Source of the DNA: Antedon mediterranea
Lineage: Eukaryota; Animalia; Echinodermata
Assembly: GCF_964355755.1 (NCBI RefSeq)
Contig: NC_092680.1
Location: 1,674,001 to 1,738,000 of the forward strand
Length of the DNA: 64,000 nt
Direction of reading: 5' to 3'
Part shown: piece by piece, positions 24,901 to 38,100 of the stretch
How the letters are laid out: the number at the start of each line of letters is the position of its first letter
How positions within the stretch are numbered: the first letter of the stretch is position 1
Program-made: the position numbers and the translations under genes
Notes under the pieces: model-generated
What the model was told of the DNA's origin: nothing
The model's database searches: none
What the model saw: only the letters and a program-made list of their open reading frames with translations

Positions 24901-25586
24901 ATCTTTTCTTCAGAACCTTCCTTCTTTGGCTCTCTAGTTCCATAGTTGCAGCTTTTTTTGGGGGGGGGGGGGACCTGTAACAATCCTGGCTACAAGGTTG
25001 CATAGCACTTGTGGTTACATACATATGTTTTGAACTTATTTTGAAAACTGCATTGCTCCTAAAGGTTTCAACTGCAATCTGTAATTTACCACAATCTATG
25101 TATACTGTATTCAAATTCAGCTTAAATGTTATCTTTTTTCAACCAAATATTTTACCCACTACCCATTAATTTACAGTACATCAAATTAAAAAAAAATAAT
25201 TACATAAATTTAAAATTTACACCAAGATTTATGTGATTTCTAACAATCTTCCAAATATGTAGATGGTTTAATATGTAGTTACAGGATAATACAAAATCTC
25301 CAATACTAGAAGACTGCGGAAGTGAAAGCCTAAACAATTGATTTTGTTACCAAGACTGAAAAAATCTAGTATTAGTTTTCTTTACAAAAGGTTTTTAATA
25401 CAAAAATATTTTCAGGAAAGCTGAATGAGAAAAATGTGCTTTCAGGTATTTAAAAGGTAGCACTCTGTCGTCGATTTGTGATTGACCGGTGCCATCATTC
25501 TTTTGACCAGGCCTGGTATCTTGACCGACTGACCGCCACTGAGCAACGCAGTTTTTAAGGTCTTATTAGGAATATAATTCTATAAT

Positions 25587-28500
25587 CTAGAAGTTATTAA
25601 TTAGAGATTGACCTGTAGTAGTGTTACTTGACTCCATCTCTGACGTTCTGTCTTCTGTATCCTCTGGTGGACCATTCTCATCTTCTTCTGTAAAATCATT
25701 TCTGGTATATCGACCATCTAAACTTTTTCTGCATACAGGACAAGTATTATGCTGTAATACAGAATATACACACAATTTACATCATTGTAATTTCAATTTA
25801 TATATAGTGGTATAGTTAAAAATGTGTTTGTTACAAATAGAGGTTCCAACTTTGAAAATAAGTTATAAAATGATGGCCAAAACAAAAAAGCGTGCTATAC
25901 AAATTATATCGAACTAGAGAGGGTGCTATTAAAATGGATCTACATCTATAGTAAACCAGATATGCAAAGGGCTTTCAAGGCATAACATAGCCTACACCAG
26001 AAATCCCTTTCATTATAATAAATACATTCTGGAACAGGTACTACTGTGTGTACAATTATAATATAAGATAAATCATTTCCTAAAGCTCTGTCTACACTAT
26101 CAAACTAGTTTGACAAAGAAAGTGTGATGTACCCAAATATGGTAGTGATATGCCCAAAATATTGTAGTGATATGACATCATCATGTCCATATATGGGCAC
26201 ATCACATATTTTTGTCACATAAAGTTTTGTAGTGTAGACAGAGCTTAACATGCAAAAGGTTTATTTACCATTTCCAACCAGGGTATGATGCAATCTGAGT
26301 GAAACAAATGCTCACATGGCATTTTGCGTACTTCTTCATCTTCTGTGTATTCTTCTTTACATACTGCACATTCAGAGTGATTTTCTACATAAAGTTACCA
26401 ATAATAATAATTATTTGAACTTACACCTTTTTATGGGCGGTACATCAACGCAATTGGTGCGCTCGTGTATCGGTGGCACTCGATGATAATTGGTGCGCTC
26501 ATGTAAACAAAATTTTAAAACGCACTTAAAATAAATCTATAAAAATATACACACACCTACTGTAATTGTGGAAACATTACCCATATCAACAATACAATAA
26601 GATAACCAACTACAATACTTACAAAACAGTACTAACAATAAAAATCTAAAATTATACTGCAAAAAAATGTTATAATCCTGCACTGATGAAGGGCTAGTGT
26701 TGCCCGAAAGCTCTGCTAACTTTTCTCGCTGTTTCACTTATTGTTTTCATTTAGCTTTTCCAGCCACTGATACCCACAGCATTGTCATTTTTTCAGTAAT
26801 TTGCCTTTGGATTTATAATCCTGTACACACATACATACACAAATGAAACCATGAATGTTAATATTTTCTTCTTTCTATTAGTTACATTGCACAGATGAAA
26901 ATGTAAATTTTACTTACCAACCATAATTTTTGTGATCTTCACTATCGGTAATTTGTCAATATCTGTCTTCTCTGCTGGAGGGGGTCCACCTCCTTCTAAA
27001 TTACTTAACAACTAAAAATTATAACAAAATCTGTTGGAAAGTGCTGGATCAGCAAAACATTATTTATAATATTCGCAGTCAAAAAATACAATATAAGCTA
27101 GGTTCAATTCTCTCAATGCGATCATATTTCTGGTGGTAAAAGTCTTTTTTGAAAAAGACTTTAAATTTGAAGGTCTACTAAAAAGACTTTAAACTTGAGG
27201 TCTACTAAAAAGACTTTTAAACTTGAGGTCTACTAAAAAGACTTTTAAACTTGAGGTCTACTAAAAAGACTTTAAACTTGAGGTCTACTAAAAAGACTTT
27301 TAAACTTGAGGTCTACTAAAAAGACTTTTAAACTTGAGGTCTACTAAAAAGACTTTTAAACTTGAGGTCTACTAAAAAGACTTTAAACTTGAGGTCTACT
27401 AAAAAGACTTTAAACTTGAGGTCTACTAAAAAGACTTTAAACTTGAGGTCTACTAAAAAGACTTTTAAACTTAAGGTCTACTAAAAAGACTTTTAAACTT
27501 GAGGTCTACTAAAAAGACTTTAAACTTGAGGTCTACTAAAAAGACTTTAAACTTGAGGTCTACTAAAAAGACTTTAAACTTGAGGTCTACTAAAAGAGAC
27601 TTTAAACTTGAGGTCTAGTGTACACATCTGGCTCTTATTCAAGAACTATGGTAAAGCTCTGTCTACACTATCAAACTAGTTTGGCAAAAAAAAAGTGTGA
27701 TGTGCCCAAATATGGTAGTGATATCCTCAAATATGGTAGTGATATGACATCATCATAAATGTCCATATATGGGCACATCACATTTTTTGTCACATAAAGT
27801 TTGATAGTGTAGACAAAGCTTTAAGGAGAGTTTTGAACCCATTTCAATTGTATGACAATTGTTTTCAGCACCTCTACATCACTCGGCCAGTTGAATTCAA
27901 GACTAAGTTTGTAAGAAAGATGTGACATGTGTAAGATACATAAAGAGAAGTACTTACTTGTGTTATTATTGTATCTAGACCACGCTCACCCCATGCATAA
28001 TCCCCAGGCCTTCCATGTAGATTCATTAATTGTCTGAAATCAACAAAGGCGATACAACTATACTGTAATGCACGCACCTCAAAAACCCAGAATAGAGGTG
28101 TTATAAAGAGTCAACATTACTGTCTGTATACCAAGCATAGAGGTATTATAAAGAGTCAATATTACTGTCTGTATACCAAGCATAGAGGTATTATAAAGAG
28201 TTGACATTACTGTCTGTATACCAAGCATAGAGGTATTATAAAGAGTCAATATTACTGTCTGTATACCAAGCATAGAGGTATTATAAAGAGTCAACATTAC
28301 TGTCTGTATACCAAGCATAGAGGTATTATAAAGAGTTGACATTACTGTCTGTATACCAAGCATAGAGGTATTATAAAGAGTCAATATTACTGTCTGTATA
28401 CCAAGCATAGAGGTATTATAAAGAGTCAACATTACTGTATGTATACCAAGCATAGAGGTATTATAAAGAGTTGACATTACTGTCTGTATACCAAGCATAG

Positions 28501-31500
28501 AGGTATTATAAAGAGTCAATATTACTGTCTGTATACCAAGCATAGAGGTATTATAAAGAGTCAATATTACTGTCTGTATACCAAGCATAGAGGTATTATA
28601 AAGAGTTGACATTACTGTCTGTATACCAAGCATAGAGGTATTATAAAGAGTTGACATTACTGTCTGTATACCAAGCATAGAGGTATTATAAAGAGTCAAT
28701 ATTACTGTATGTATACCAAGCATAGAGGTATTATAAAGAGTTGACATTACTGTCTGTATACCAAGCATAGAGGTATTATAAAGAGTTGACATTACTGTCT
28801 GTATACCAAGCATAGAGGTATTATAAAGAGTCAATATTACTGTCTGTATACCAAGCATAGAGGTATTATAAAGAGTTGACATTACTGTCTGTATACCAAG
28901 CATAGAGGTATTATAAAGAGTTGACATTACTGTCTGTATACCAAGCATAGAGGTATTATAAAGAGTTGACATTACTGTCTGTATACCAAGCATAGAGGTA
29001 TTATAAAGAGTTGACATTACTGTCTGTATACCAAGCATAGAGGTATTATAAAGAGTTGACATTACTGTCTGTATACCAAGCATAGAGGTATTATAAAGAG
29101 TTGACATTACTGTCTGTATACCAAGCATAGAGGTATTATAAAACTAGAGCGTCAACATTGTGCACAAAACCAAAGCTTTAAACCGACATGAATGTATTCT
29201 TGAGCTTAAGTTCATTTCTATCTTGGTGTCCATAGCTGTGATGCTAACTATTACGATTTACAGTGAAAATATATTATACCCCTTTAACACCAAAAGCAAA
29301 ACTCTGGAGACACTCCGGAGTTCTGGTGTGTAAGGGGTATTACACAACTGTGATCAGTCTGTTGTATATTTCAATAAAACTCATAATTTTGGATTTGTTT
29401 TTTTAGTTGTGCACAAAAGTTTTATAAATAATTTACAATCATCTACTTACACTGGAAATGGATGACCACTACCGACCCCACCCATACCTAATAAATGTTG
29501 CAAAATCCTGCAAACAAAAACATCAATCATAACATATAATATGCTGCAAACACTATGTATGACACACATATTGTGGTACATACTGTATCTATAGAGTTTG
29601 TAGGTTTGTAAATGATACAGATTTTTAGTAACACATCCATATACATATACAATAATGAGCAGAATTGTACTTTTAAACTATATTTCAAATCAGGTATTTT
29701 ATTTATTTGCTAGTTTAATATAGACATGAGAATTTTTCATTTTAAAGGTGTTTTTTTATGCTAGTATGAATGGTGAACACAGCCGCTAACATTTAAGCTC
29801 TGGGTCTACACTATCAAACTAGTTTGAAAAGTGTGATGTGCCCAAATATGGTAGTGATATGCCCACATACTGTATGGTAGTGATATGACATCATCCATAT
29901 ATGGGCACATCACATTTTTATCACATAAAGTTTGATAGTGTAGACAAAGCTGATATTCACAAAGGGTGATAAGAATTGTTTGCAACTGGCTCAATAACTA
30001 AAATGGATCATTGTTGAGCATCGTATAAGTCACTACTCAAAACTCACATTTTCTAATATTTTTGGCAGCACCATGAGCAATGACTGTTGGAATGACTATT
30101 TAAAATTCCCTACTGTATCCATGCGACAATAATTTGATGAGGCTTTGTACTCTTGATATTTATAATGATTGTGGTGACTTACATTATCATGTCTTGCGCA
30201 GGGTCAGCTGCATCTCTTCCTAATTGTCTTACTCTTACTGGAAACCGTCTACGACCGGTAGTAATTACTGGAGCTGCTGGCTCTTGTGGCCCATCTGCTG
30301 ATCCAAGTTGCATCCATAACTAAGTACAATGTTAAAGTAATAAAAGTAATATGGTTTCAGAATTGGAACTGTACTCTATGAGGAAGGGAACACACATTTG
30401 TTTTTATCTGTTTTTTATTTGTTAAATGTAGAGAATATTTCATTGGTTTCACTGCTCTAGTTTAATCCGGATTGTTTCATTTTCATTTATTAGACAAGGT
30501 CAAGGGGTCAAGGTCAAGGGGTTGCGATGGCAACAATGCGCCAATCGTGTGAGTGTCCACAACCCCTAAATTAGAGCATTTTTTTACTCTTTCTCTCATG
30601 TATTCATTATTTGTATACCAATTTACCTGATTGAACACCGTTAGTGAACTATCAGGATCTGTACTTGGTCTTGATTCTCTCTCATGTTCTGTTGTCCTAA
30701 AATAAAAAATAAATTTAATGAGTTAAATGTATATAAAAATCACAATTTTTCGAGATTTTCTTGCAATTTTATTTATTAATATTGGTTTGGGATATATGCA
30801 AATTAGTATGTTAAAAGCAAAATAACATTATTATTGTAGAGTAACCTTTCGGTCTGTTGTGTTGTTCCACCGTCCAATTCTTCAACAAATCCTGTACTAC
30901 ACCTTGGACATGTGTAATCCTATATGAAGATAAGATAAATATTTCATAATAATTGATATTATAACATGGGTTCAAGTACTGTCTGATTCCTCCATTATCA
31001 GTTAGCTATTCCAAGAAGACCATGATTTCGTGTTAAACATTAATATAAAAATAATGCACTTGTCTAAATTCATATGTTAGTGGAGATGTGGCGTACTCTT
31101 GGATGGATATTTACAATGTCGTGTAACATGCACTCAGCTGTGCCTTGTGCATTATTGTAACTACTCTCGAGTGCGCGGCATCTCCACTAATGCACTCTGA
31201 CTCTGATATAATTGAGGAATCAGCGGGTAGCTTTTCATCAGAGACTAAGTTATTGGTCAGATGTAGTACAATTACGTCAGGGTAGGATAAAACATCTGTC
31301 TGACCAATACCAACCTATTTATTTACGATGGACAAAGAAAAATAGAAAGATTTAACATATATATATTAATATAAGCAAGGTGAAATTTCAATAACGCTTA
31401 AGCCTAGGTCTATTGTTTTATGTAAAGCAACACCATGGAGTTACTCCATGGCAACACATACCTCTCATTTATTACTCCCTGGGTTTAGGAACGTAATGTA

Positions 31501-31925
31501 TTGGAAATCCCCTTAGCCACAATTTATCAAAAGGCACAATTAGCCTATTATATTATACCCTTTTTATAAATACATAATATCATCATAAACCTTCCGAGTT
31601 TTTTAACATACCGCTAACAGCCGAACGTAACCTCTCATTAAAACAACGTCACCACATATGCTAGGCCTACCCACCAGCCGAGCTAGTAGGACTATAAAAG
31701 CAAGACGTATGACACCACCACACACACAAACACAGCTCTTGTCTATCACATACGTTGTTTACATATAAATAGGCCTAGTATTTTGTTATATTAATAAAGA
31801 TTCCTCCGTCCGAATCAACATCCCAATCAGAAAAACATATTTATATTTACCTGTTTCAGAGCACTGATTTCCTGTTTACAATTATGGCAAAAAAAGTGAG
31901 GAGTTTCAACAACCGCTTCCGCCAT
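25587..31925 (-). CDS. E3 ubiquitin ligase of the RNF115/RNF126 family (N-terminal Zn ribbon, C-terminal RING-H2), ~9 coding exons
   Basis: [20 protein letters not shown]...[15 protein letters not shown]; [21 protein letters not shown]; GPPPAEK; [40 protein letters not shown]. Junctions in phase. RNF115 and RNF126 cannot be told apart by eye. Confidence 0.93.
26084..26245. mobile_element. MITE, dominant family, complete
   Basis: TAA-AGCTCTGTCTACAC...GTGTAGACAGAGCT-TAA; internal ccaaatatggtagtgatat subrepeats. Confidence 0.88.
26670..26823 (+). mobile_element. 143-nt hammerhead-containing repeat monomer (Penelope pLTR-like)
   Basis: Bounded by the direct repeat ttataatcctg (26670 and 26813). 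Its 3' part recurs at ~21260-21365 (ccagccactgatacccacagcattgtcatttttt..gtaatttgccttt). Confidence 0.55.
26680..26716 (+). ncRNA. Minimal type-I hammerhead ribozyme motif (Penelope-like element/retrozyme type)
   Basis: GCA-CTGATGA-A-GGGC-tagtgtt-GCCC-GAAA-GC-TC-TGC: both core boxes, 4-bp helix II, palindromic AGCT helix III and a GCA/TGC helix I. Confidence 0.65.
27150..27617. repeat. 27/28-bp minisatellite (~16 copies)
   Basis: aaaagactttaaacttgaggtctacta repeated. Confidence 0.97.
27655..27820. mobile_element. MITE, dominant family, complete
   Basis: Both TIRs present. Confidence 0.85.
28092..29142. repeat. 45-bp minisatellite (~23 copies) in an RNF intron
   Basis: agaggtattataaagag(ttgac/tcaac/tcaat)attactgtctgtataccaagcat repeated; explains the 349-aa repetitive ORF. 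Confidence 0.97.
29796..29951. mobile_element. MITE, dominant family
   Basis: Both TIRs present. Confidence 0.8.
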
Positions 31926-33128
31926 TATTGTGCTAGGCTATATATCGCGAGGAGCGGAGCTCTAGTTTTTAGAGTGGTGCTGGGGGAGTAGAGGAGGATC
32001 GGAGCGAGCTGGTGAAGAAGCTCGAGCGAGCACAGTTTGTGTGTACTGTGTACGACGAGCGAACATTATGTACGCCCTCTGTAGTCAGTAGTAGAACGAA
32101 TAGAGGATATACACTGTGTTCTGAATACAATTACGTCATCGAACGTTATATATAAATTATGGTTAATTCAATATAATCATAGATAAGTGTTACAGTAGCA
32201 GGCCTATATATTTATTTACTTTATTCTGTATTTAATATAGAACATCATTCGGGATTTGAAAATGCAGATTAGGAATTTGCAAAGTATGCATACCTTTAAC
32301 TAGACTTGCCCCAAGTCTGTATTGTTTTTTTAAATAATTTATTTGTTTTTATTTCGACCGCGATTTTTGTCTGAAAATACAGACTTGTGAAACACGTATA
32401 GAAATCGATTTGCAGACCGCAAACAACTGATAAGAATGACGTAGGTTATCATACCGTATTTGGCTATATGGGGCGGGCGGTATGTAAATATGGATTTCAA
32501 ATCAACCAATGATCATTTTGTTTCAAAATGAAAAAGATCGAGTACGTACAGTGCTGAATGTACGATCGAGACTGTTGAAATATGAAATCGTGTTGCCAAG
32601 TTGTTTTGTTTATTAATTGTTTAGTCCTTAGCCTAGGCCTACTTCAACTCGCACGTATGATCTGCCAAATAAAACGCCAATAAGAGGTAGGCCTACATAC
32701 CACCACCGGCACACAACAGGATTCACACACAACAGACAGGGCTACGACACCACTACACAGAACAGGACAGGGTCTAGGCCTAGGTGGGATTTAAATCAAA
32801 TTATCTCCGCGTAATATTAAATGATCCATTCAATGTTTGATTTGCGGAGAAGCAAGACGAGTTTTCATGTTCTTGGGGAAAATCCCATCAAAATCATTTC
32901 TAGCCTTCAGAAACTTTCATCAATGTCCCGATCAATGTAAATTGTCTAAACGTAACATAGCGCATGCGTACCATCTTAGTTGTTGAGTCTTTGAAATTCT
33001 GAAATATGAATATTAAAACGGTGTACGAGTGAGTAGCCAATCGCATGCAGCTGAAACTAGTCAACCGGATAATCTATGCACCAAGAATTCTTGGTGTCAA
33101 ACCACGTGACTTTTGCGTGTTTCCCCAG

Positions 33129-33238
33129 CCAGACGGAGTATCCAAACTCAAGTAATACACGTATGAAACGCCATATGTGCAAAAATGTTTATATTTTTAC
33201 TAATATTAAGAAAAAAACTCCGTCTGGAGCCCAGACTA
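33129..33238. mobile_element. Short MITE-like repeat; a second copy in the same orientation lies at ~39088-39183
   Basis: Internal inverted repeat ccagacggagt / actccgtctgg; shared core gtatgaaacgccatatgtgc...actccgtctgga.cccagacta. Confidence 0.6.
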
Positions 33239-34437
33239 ACCTTTAACATGCGCGATGTGCGCATTTATTAGGCCTAGCGGATACTCTTTTGCAACGAAAA
33301 TGCTAAAGTTTAACAGGCACATCACCGTATTGATTTTTTAATTCGTTTAAAAATCCATCTCGAAAATATCGTGCAAACACATTAAACAATCTATGTTATA
33401 TTTTTCTAATGTAATATGACATAACTAATATATTTGATTATAGGCCTATTAATTGTTTATATAATGTAAAAAAAGGAAAATAAATAACAATCGAATTATT
33501 ACAAGTGGCGGACCTAAAAAAAAAATGCAATCTTATCATAGGAAAAAATTGGGGAAAAAATCGTAAGAGTAAAGTACTTTCAATTTTGATTATTAAAACA
33601 CATTGTTTCAGCGCCGTGCTATACAGGTCACCATTGATGTTTAAAGTCTGAACACACTCTTTCACTATGTATATTATTTAACATAACTGCTATATAGGCT
33701 ATAGGTGATATTCTTTAACAGGTCGACATTAACTTAACGCGCTCCTTTCACCATGTGCGTTATTTATTATTATTAATACAGGTGCCATTTCAGGAATTTT
33801 ACGTGCGAGAGTACCATTTCCGACCCGGCTAGGTGTGTCATTTAACCAAATTCGCGCGTCACAAAAAAAAAAATATTCAAAATCAGAAAGTTGTATGGCA
33901 TTAATTTTTCCATTAAATAGACTACCATAACCTCGAAAAGAAGCCCATGTGCAAACAAAGCATTTTTTCCACAAACGCTGACTTGCGCGGAAGCGCCCAT
34001 CTGTGGTGACGCCTTTACTTAAAATATAGGGGAAAATATCACCTTTTAATTGGCTATTACCGTACCTCAGTTTTCATTTCATCATTCATTATCAATTTAA
34101 CGTTAGAGTGCCATTTTCGACCATCTATGTGTCATATTGGACTCTACAGTTACAGTCCCACTTTCACAACATGCTGGGTCCGCCCCTGGTTACTAAAACG
34201 TTATTTAACGTTTAAAAAACCCACAAAATCACGTTTTTAAAGCTGAAATATAACTTTACAACTCTACAAACCACACGTTTTCATAACGTTTGTTAACGTA
34301 ACAGATTATAAATATGTTTTATTATATTGCATCATGGTTTTATGGCGCCGCGATTGGGCCTATAAAATAATCAATAGACATTTCTCCCACAGTTAAAATT
34401 CGCATAAACCAGGCTAATAATACACGGTGCATTGTTC

Positions 34438-34447
34438 GGAAATCCCC
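34438..34447. promoter_or_regulatory. NF-kB-like site near the presumed 5' end of the ANK-cGLR gene
   Basis: GGAAATCCCC (reverse complement GGGGATTTCC fits GGGRNWYYCC); a similar GGGAAAATCCC lies at ~32876. Confidence 0.35.
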
Positions 34448-35186
34448 CGATGTTATTTATGTTTTTCCGCTTGCCTTGGCACGACGTTTTATTGTCTTCT
34501 CTGCTGCGTTGCTTCCGTAGAAAAATGGTATCCAGCAGTAGTACCTAGGCAGTTTACACGGTTATGCGTACTTGTTTTGGATTTTTGGCCTACCTCACAC
34601 AGCTGGGAGTGACCCCACATAGGTTGTAAGTTAACTTATAGGCCCTACTACAATCTCAAATTTACGCACAAAGTCATAAAAGCCTTGTTTGAATTATATG
34701 TAAGGCATATCTGCTGTATAAATAGGCCTACTATGTACATATAGGCCTACCTCAGTCTATGTGTTATTTAATAATCCTATGTTATTAAGTTAGTTTTATT
34801 GAAACTTAAGGAATAGGCCTATACTACTTTCTGATTAACAAAGTTGGCATCTGCAGCATAAGGATATCCGTTAGGTTATGTGATGAAAAAGAGACGTGTT
34901 ATTTATCTTTGTAAAAGGCGCCTGTTTTAATACGCCTATATTACATGACAAGATAAGATGTCAAGTCCACTAAAACTAAATGTAAATCACACGAGAGGTA
35001 GAAAACTGTTAGCCCCATCTTTGATAATGTGAGCTGTGTTTGCATCTGTTATTGGCTGGTAGCTTGTGTAGTAGACCTAATTTGTAGTCTAAGTCATTGT
35101 TTCCTAACATTATCCAATTTTTAAATTATTTTTTCAGTAGTAAAGACAAAAACCTTCAACGAGTTTTGTAATAGCCATTCGATAGC

Positions 35187-38100
35187 ATGGCTGCATCAGG
35201 TATGATTATTAATATTGAGCCTAAATGAACAAGGCCATACATGGCTGCAGTCGCGTGCTCAAGTTAATGTTTACCGACGACCTACCGACCAACCAACCGA
35301 CGACCGACATAGTGAGCTGTAGAAAATAGGAAATCACGTACTATTAAAAAGAAATTGGCTCACAAAAAAAATAAAGAAATAAATTAAAGTTCTAAAAAGT
35401 CTTATTGTGATTAACTAACTTGTTATCACAAAAACCGAAGAAGTTTGTCTAAATCTAAACGTTGTTTGGTACAGATGTGAAATAGTGAGTAACAGGCATT
35501 ATGTTAACTTTATATCGTAAACTGCTTGTCAGCGAAGATTTATATTAATATTGGAAACAATTATATTTCTAGGTATCAGTGAAAGCAAAGTAACCGGCAC
35601 TTACAAGCCATTTGCACAACTGCGTCAATTCCTGGAACAAACCACTGAGGAGGCAGATTCCTCAGAAATGTTGCCCACCCTCCATCGCTTAGCCAGCGAA
35701 GGAAATGAGTCTGAGCTCAGTGACGTGATTAACAACGGAGGTAACGTCAACGAAGAGGACAACGATGGCTACACATCTCTTTATCATGCTGTTAGTGGAG
35801 GGCATGTAAAAGTTATTGAAATATTGCTAAAAAATGGTGCACATGTTATTGGAAAACATAGCCTTTTTCACGTTGTCTCCGATTTAGAATCTGCCCAATT
35901 ACTGCTTCAAGCCAAGGCTAACCCGGATGGCCGTAATGAATATGGAGACTCTCCATTACAAACAGCAATAAGAAAGGGCAAACATGAACTTGTAGATTTT
36001 TTCTTGACAGTTGGTGTCGATGTTCTAAACAGAAATAATAAAGGAGAGACTCCACTTCACACACTCTGTTCATCATTTATGGAAGATGAAAATCTAACCA
36101 AAAAATTGATTAAAATCGGAGGTAGGCCTACTGTTAATTCGAAAGACGCCCAGGGCAGGTCTCCGTTACATTTAGCTGTCATGCATTCTTCTCTCGAGAA
36201 AAGAAAAACAGTAAACATTCTGGTAAAGGCAGGAGCATCTGTGACAGACTTAGATCTGCAGGGAATGAATCCTATTCATTATCTCGTAGAGAGTAGCTGC
36301 AGACCATATTATTCCGAAGTTGATAATAAGTTGTTATTCGATTACATTGATCTGCTAGTCATTCATGATAATGCAGCAAATTCGCAGGATGCAATTGGTC
36401 AAAGCATCCTACATTTAGCAATACCCGCAGGAGCACCATTACAAGTGCTGGAATACCTTGTACAGAAAGGATGTGTACCCACCGCTGAAGACGGCCGAAA
36501 ACGCAGTTTACTGCATTGTATTGTAGACCGAGATGTTGATGACGCAATTGATATTTTAAAATTCTTATTGGACAAGAAACTTGATATCAATTCTCCTGAT
36601 AAGTGGGGACAGACAGCCTTGCATCAAGCTATAGAGAAGGGTAAGAAGGAACTTTTTAAAGCTTTGCTTAAACGTGGAGCAGACGTGAACGTGAAAGATT
36701 CAATCGGCAGACAACCGATACACATTGCAGCAGAGAGTGGTTCTGACGTCATTTGCAATTCTTTAATCAAACTAGGGGCAGATATCAACGCACAGGACAA
36801 CTATCAGTCCACGCCACTCCATTTTGCCGCGTGGGGAAACAGTGCTTCTGTGGCAAATGTTTTGATCCAAGCAGGATGTGATGTTGAACTTTGCGATGCA
36901 TGTGATCAAACAGCGCAAGAGGTGGCAACATTTTGGTCAAATGTTGATTTTATGCAGATAATACATGAAAAAGACGGAACTCAAAAACTTGAATTGGAAC
37001 GACCAAATAAACCGTTCGCAAAACATGGTGGTAAGTGTTTGCAGCTTGAAGATTTTCAAGATATCATCGACTCTAGTCCGGAATCAACACGGACGTCGGG
37101 CACGTTAAGTGAATATTTAAACTGCTTAATTTCCACACCAGGAATGGGGACTGTTTTTGAACATCTCGAAGCGATGGAAATCCGGGATGCTTTAGACAGA
37201 TTTGTGGCAAATGTGGTGAAACGTATAGCAGTCAATAATCCAAAAATGCGTTGTAGTCTGTACCACGTAGGTAGTTCATCAGAAAGCACCAAGACAAAAT
37301 ACCCGGATGAGTTTGACTATGTTGTCTGTCTTGATGAACTGAGTGAAAATATTTATCCAGAACATGAAACCGAGGACGTTCAAGAAAATGTCTATTTTGT
37401 TCCAGATAAGGAAGGAAATGAGGAAGGAAAAGAGGTGTTAGAGAAGGGAGTAGACTATAAAGAAACTTCTTCTTCAGTGTCAATTTACACTCAAATATTT
37501 CTGAAAGATCAGACAAGCTACGAGTACTCGGAGTTTACACACGACGGCCTAGAACTGAAAAACATTTCAAATTGTATGATGTTTAATGTATTCTCAAGGC
37601 AACTGTCGAATATCGTTTTCAATGAAAGCTTCCCACAAGATGAACGTTTGGTAGTAAAGGACGTCACCAATGACCCCAAGTTCTGCTTGTTGTGGAAAGG
37701 ATCGAGATATAAAACTATGGCTATCGAAGTTGATTTTGTTCCAGCAGTACGCCTTCCTTCTTGGGCAGACAATTTTCAAGATCAGTCTCCACTCCTCGTT
37801 CCAGACATTATACAACTTCCATGTCTCGCTGTTCCAAAAATGACGAGTGAAGAAGATGACAGACTTTGGAGATGCTCTCTGTGTCTTGTTGAAGTTGCTA
37901 TTATGAAAAGATGTCTAAATCGAATTCGAAACAGCTACATAGCTGCCAAGTCAATGATCAGCTCGGTTATTTGTCCATTTGTTAGTTTCGAAGACTACAC
38001 AGACGTAAAGATACAGTATGCACGTGAACATGGCAGTTTGGCTTCTGATGAGGACCCTATTATGTTTGAACCAATCGAAGGTATAATACCATCATATATA

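Noticed and set aside
28079-29128. 349-aa repetitive ORF ([15 protein letters not shown])n
   Set aside because: A 45-bp minisatellite that happens to lack stops in one frame; the RNF exons on each side splice in phase without it
31057-31315. In-frame candidate poison exon or SGNH-like [12 protein letters not shown] fragment in RNF intron 1
   Set aside because: The frame runs through a small palindromic element (ttagtggagatg / catctccactaa), the motif match is weak and no good donor follows
35551-35572. ORF-track start (METIIFL) of the 945-aa protein
   Set aside because: It starts at TTG within intron sequence; an AG acceptor at 35571-35572 and an upstream ATG exon at 35187 explain it better
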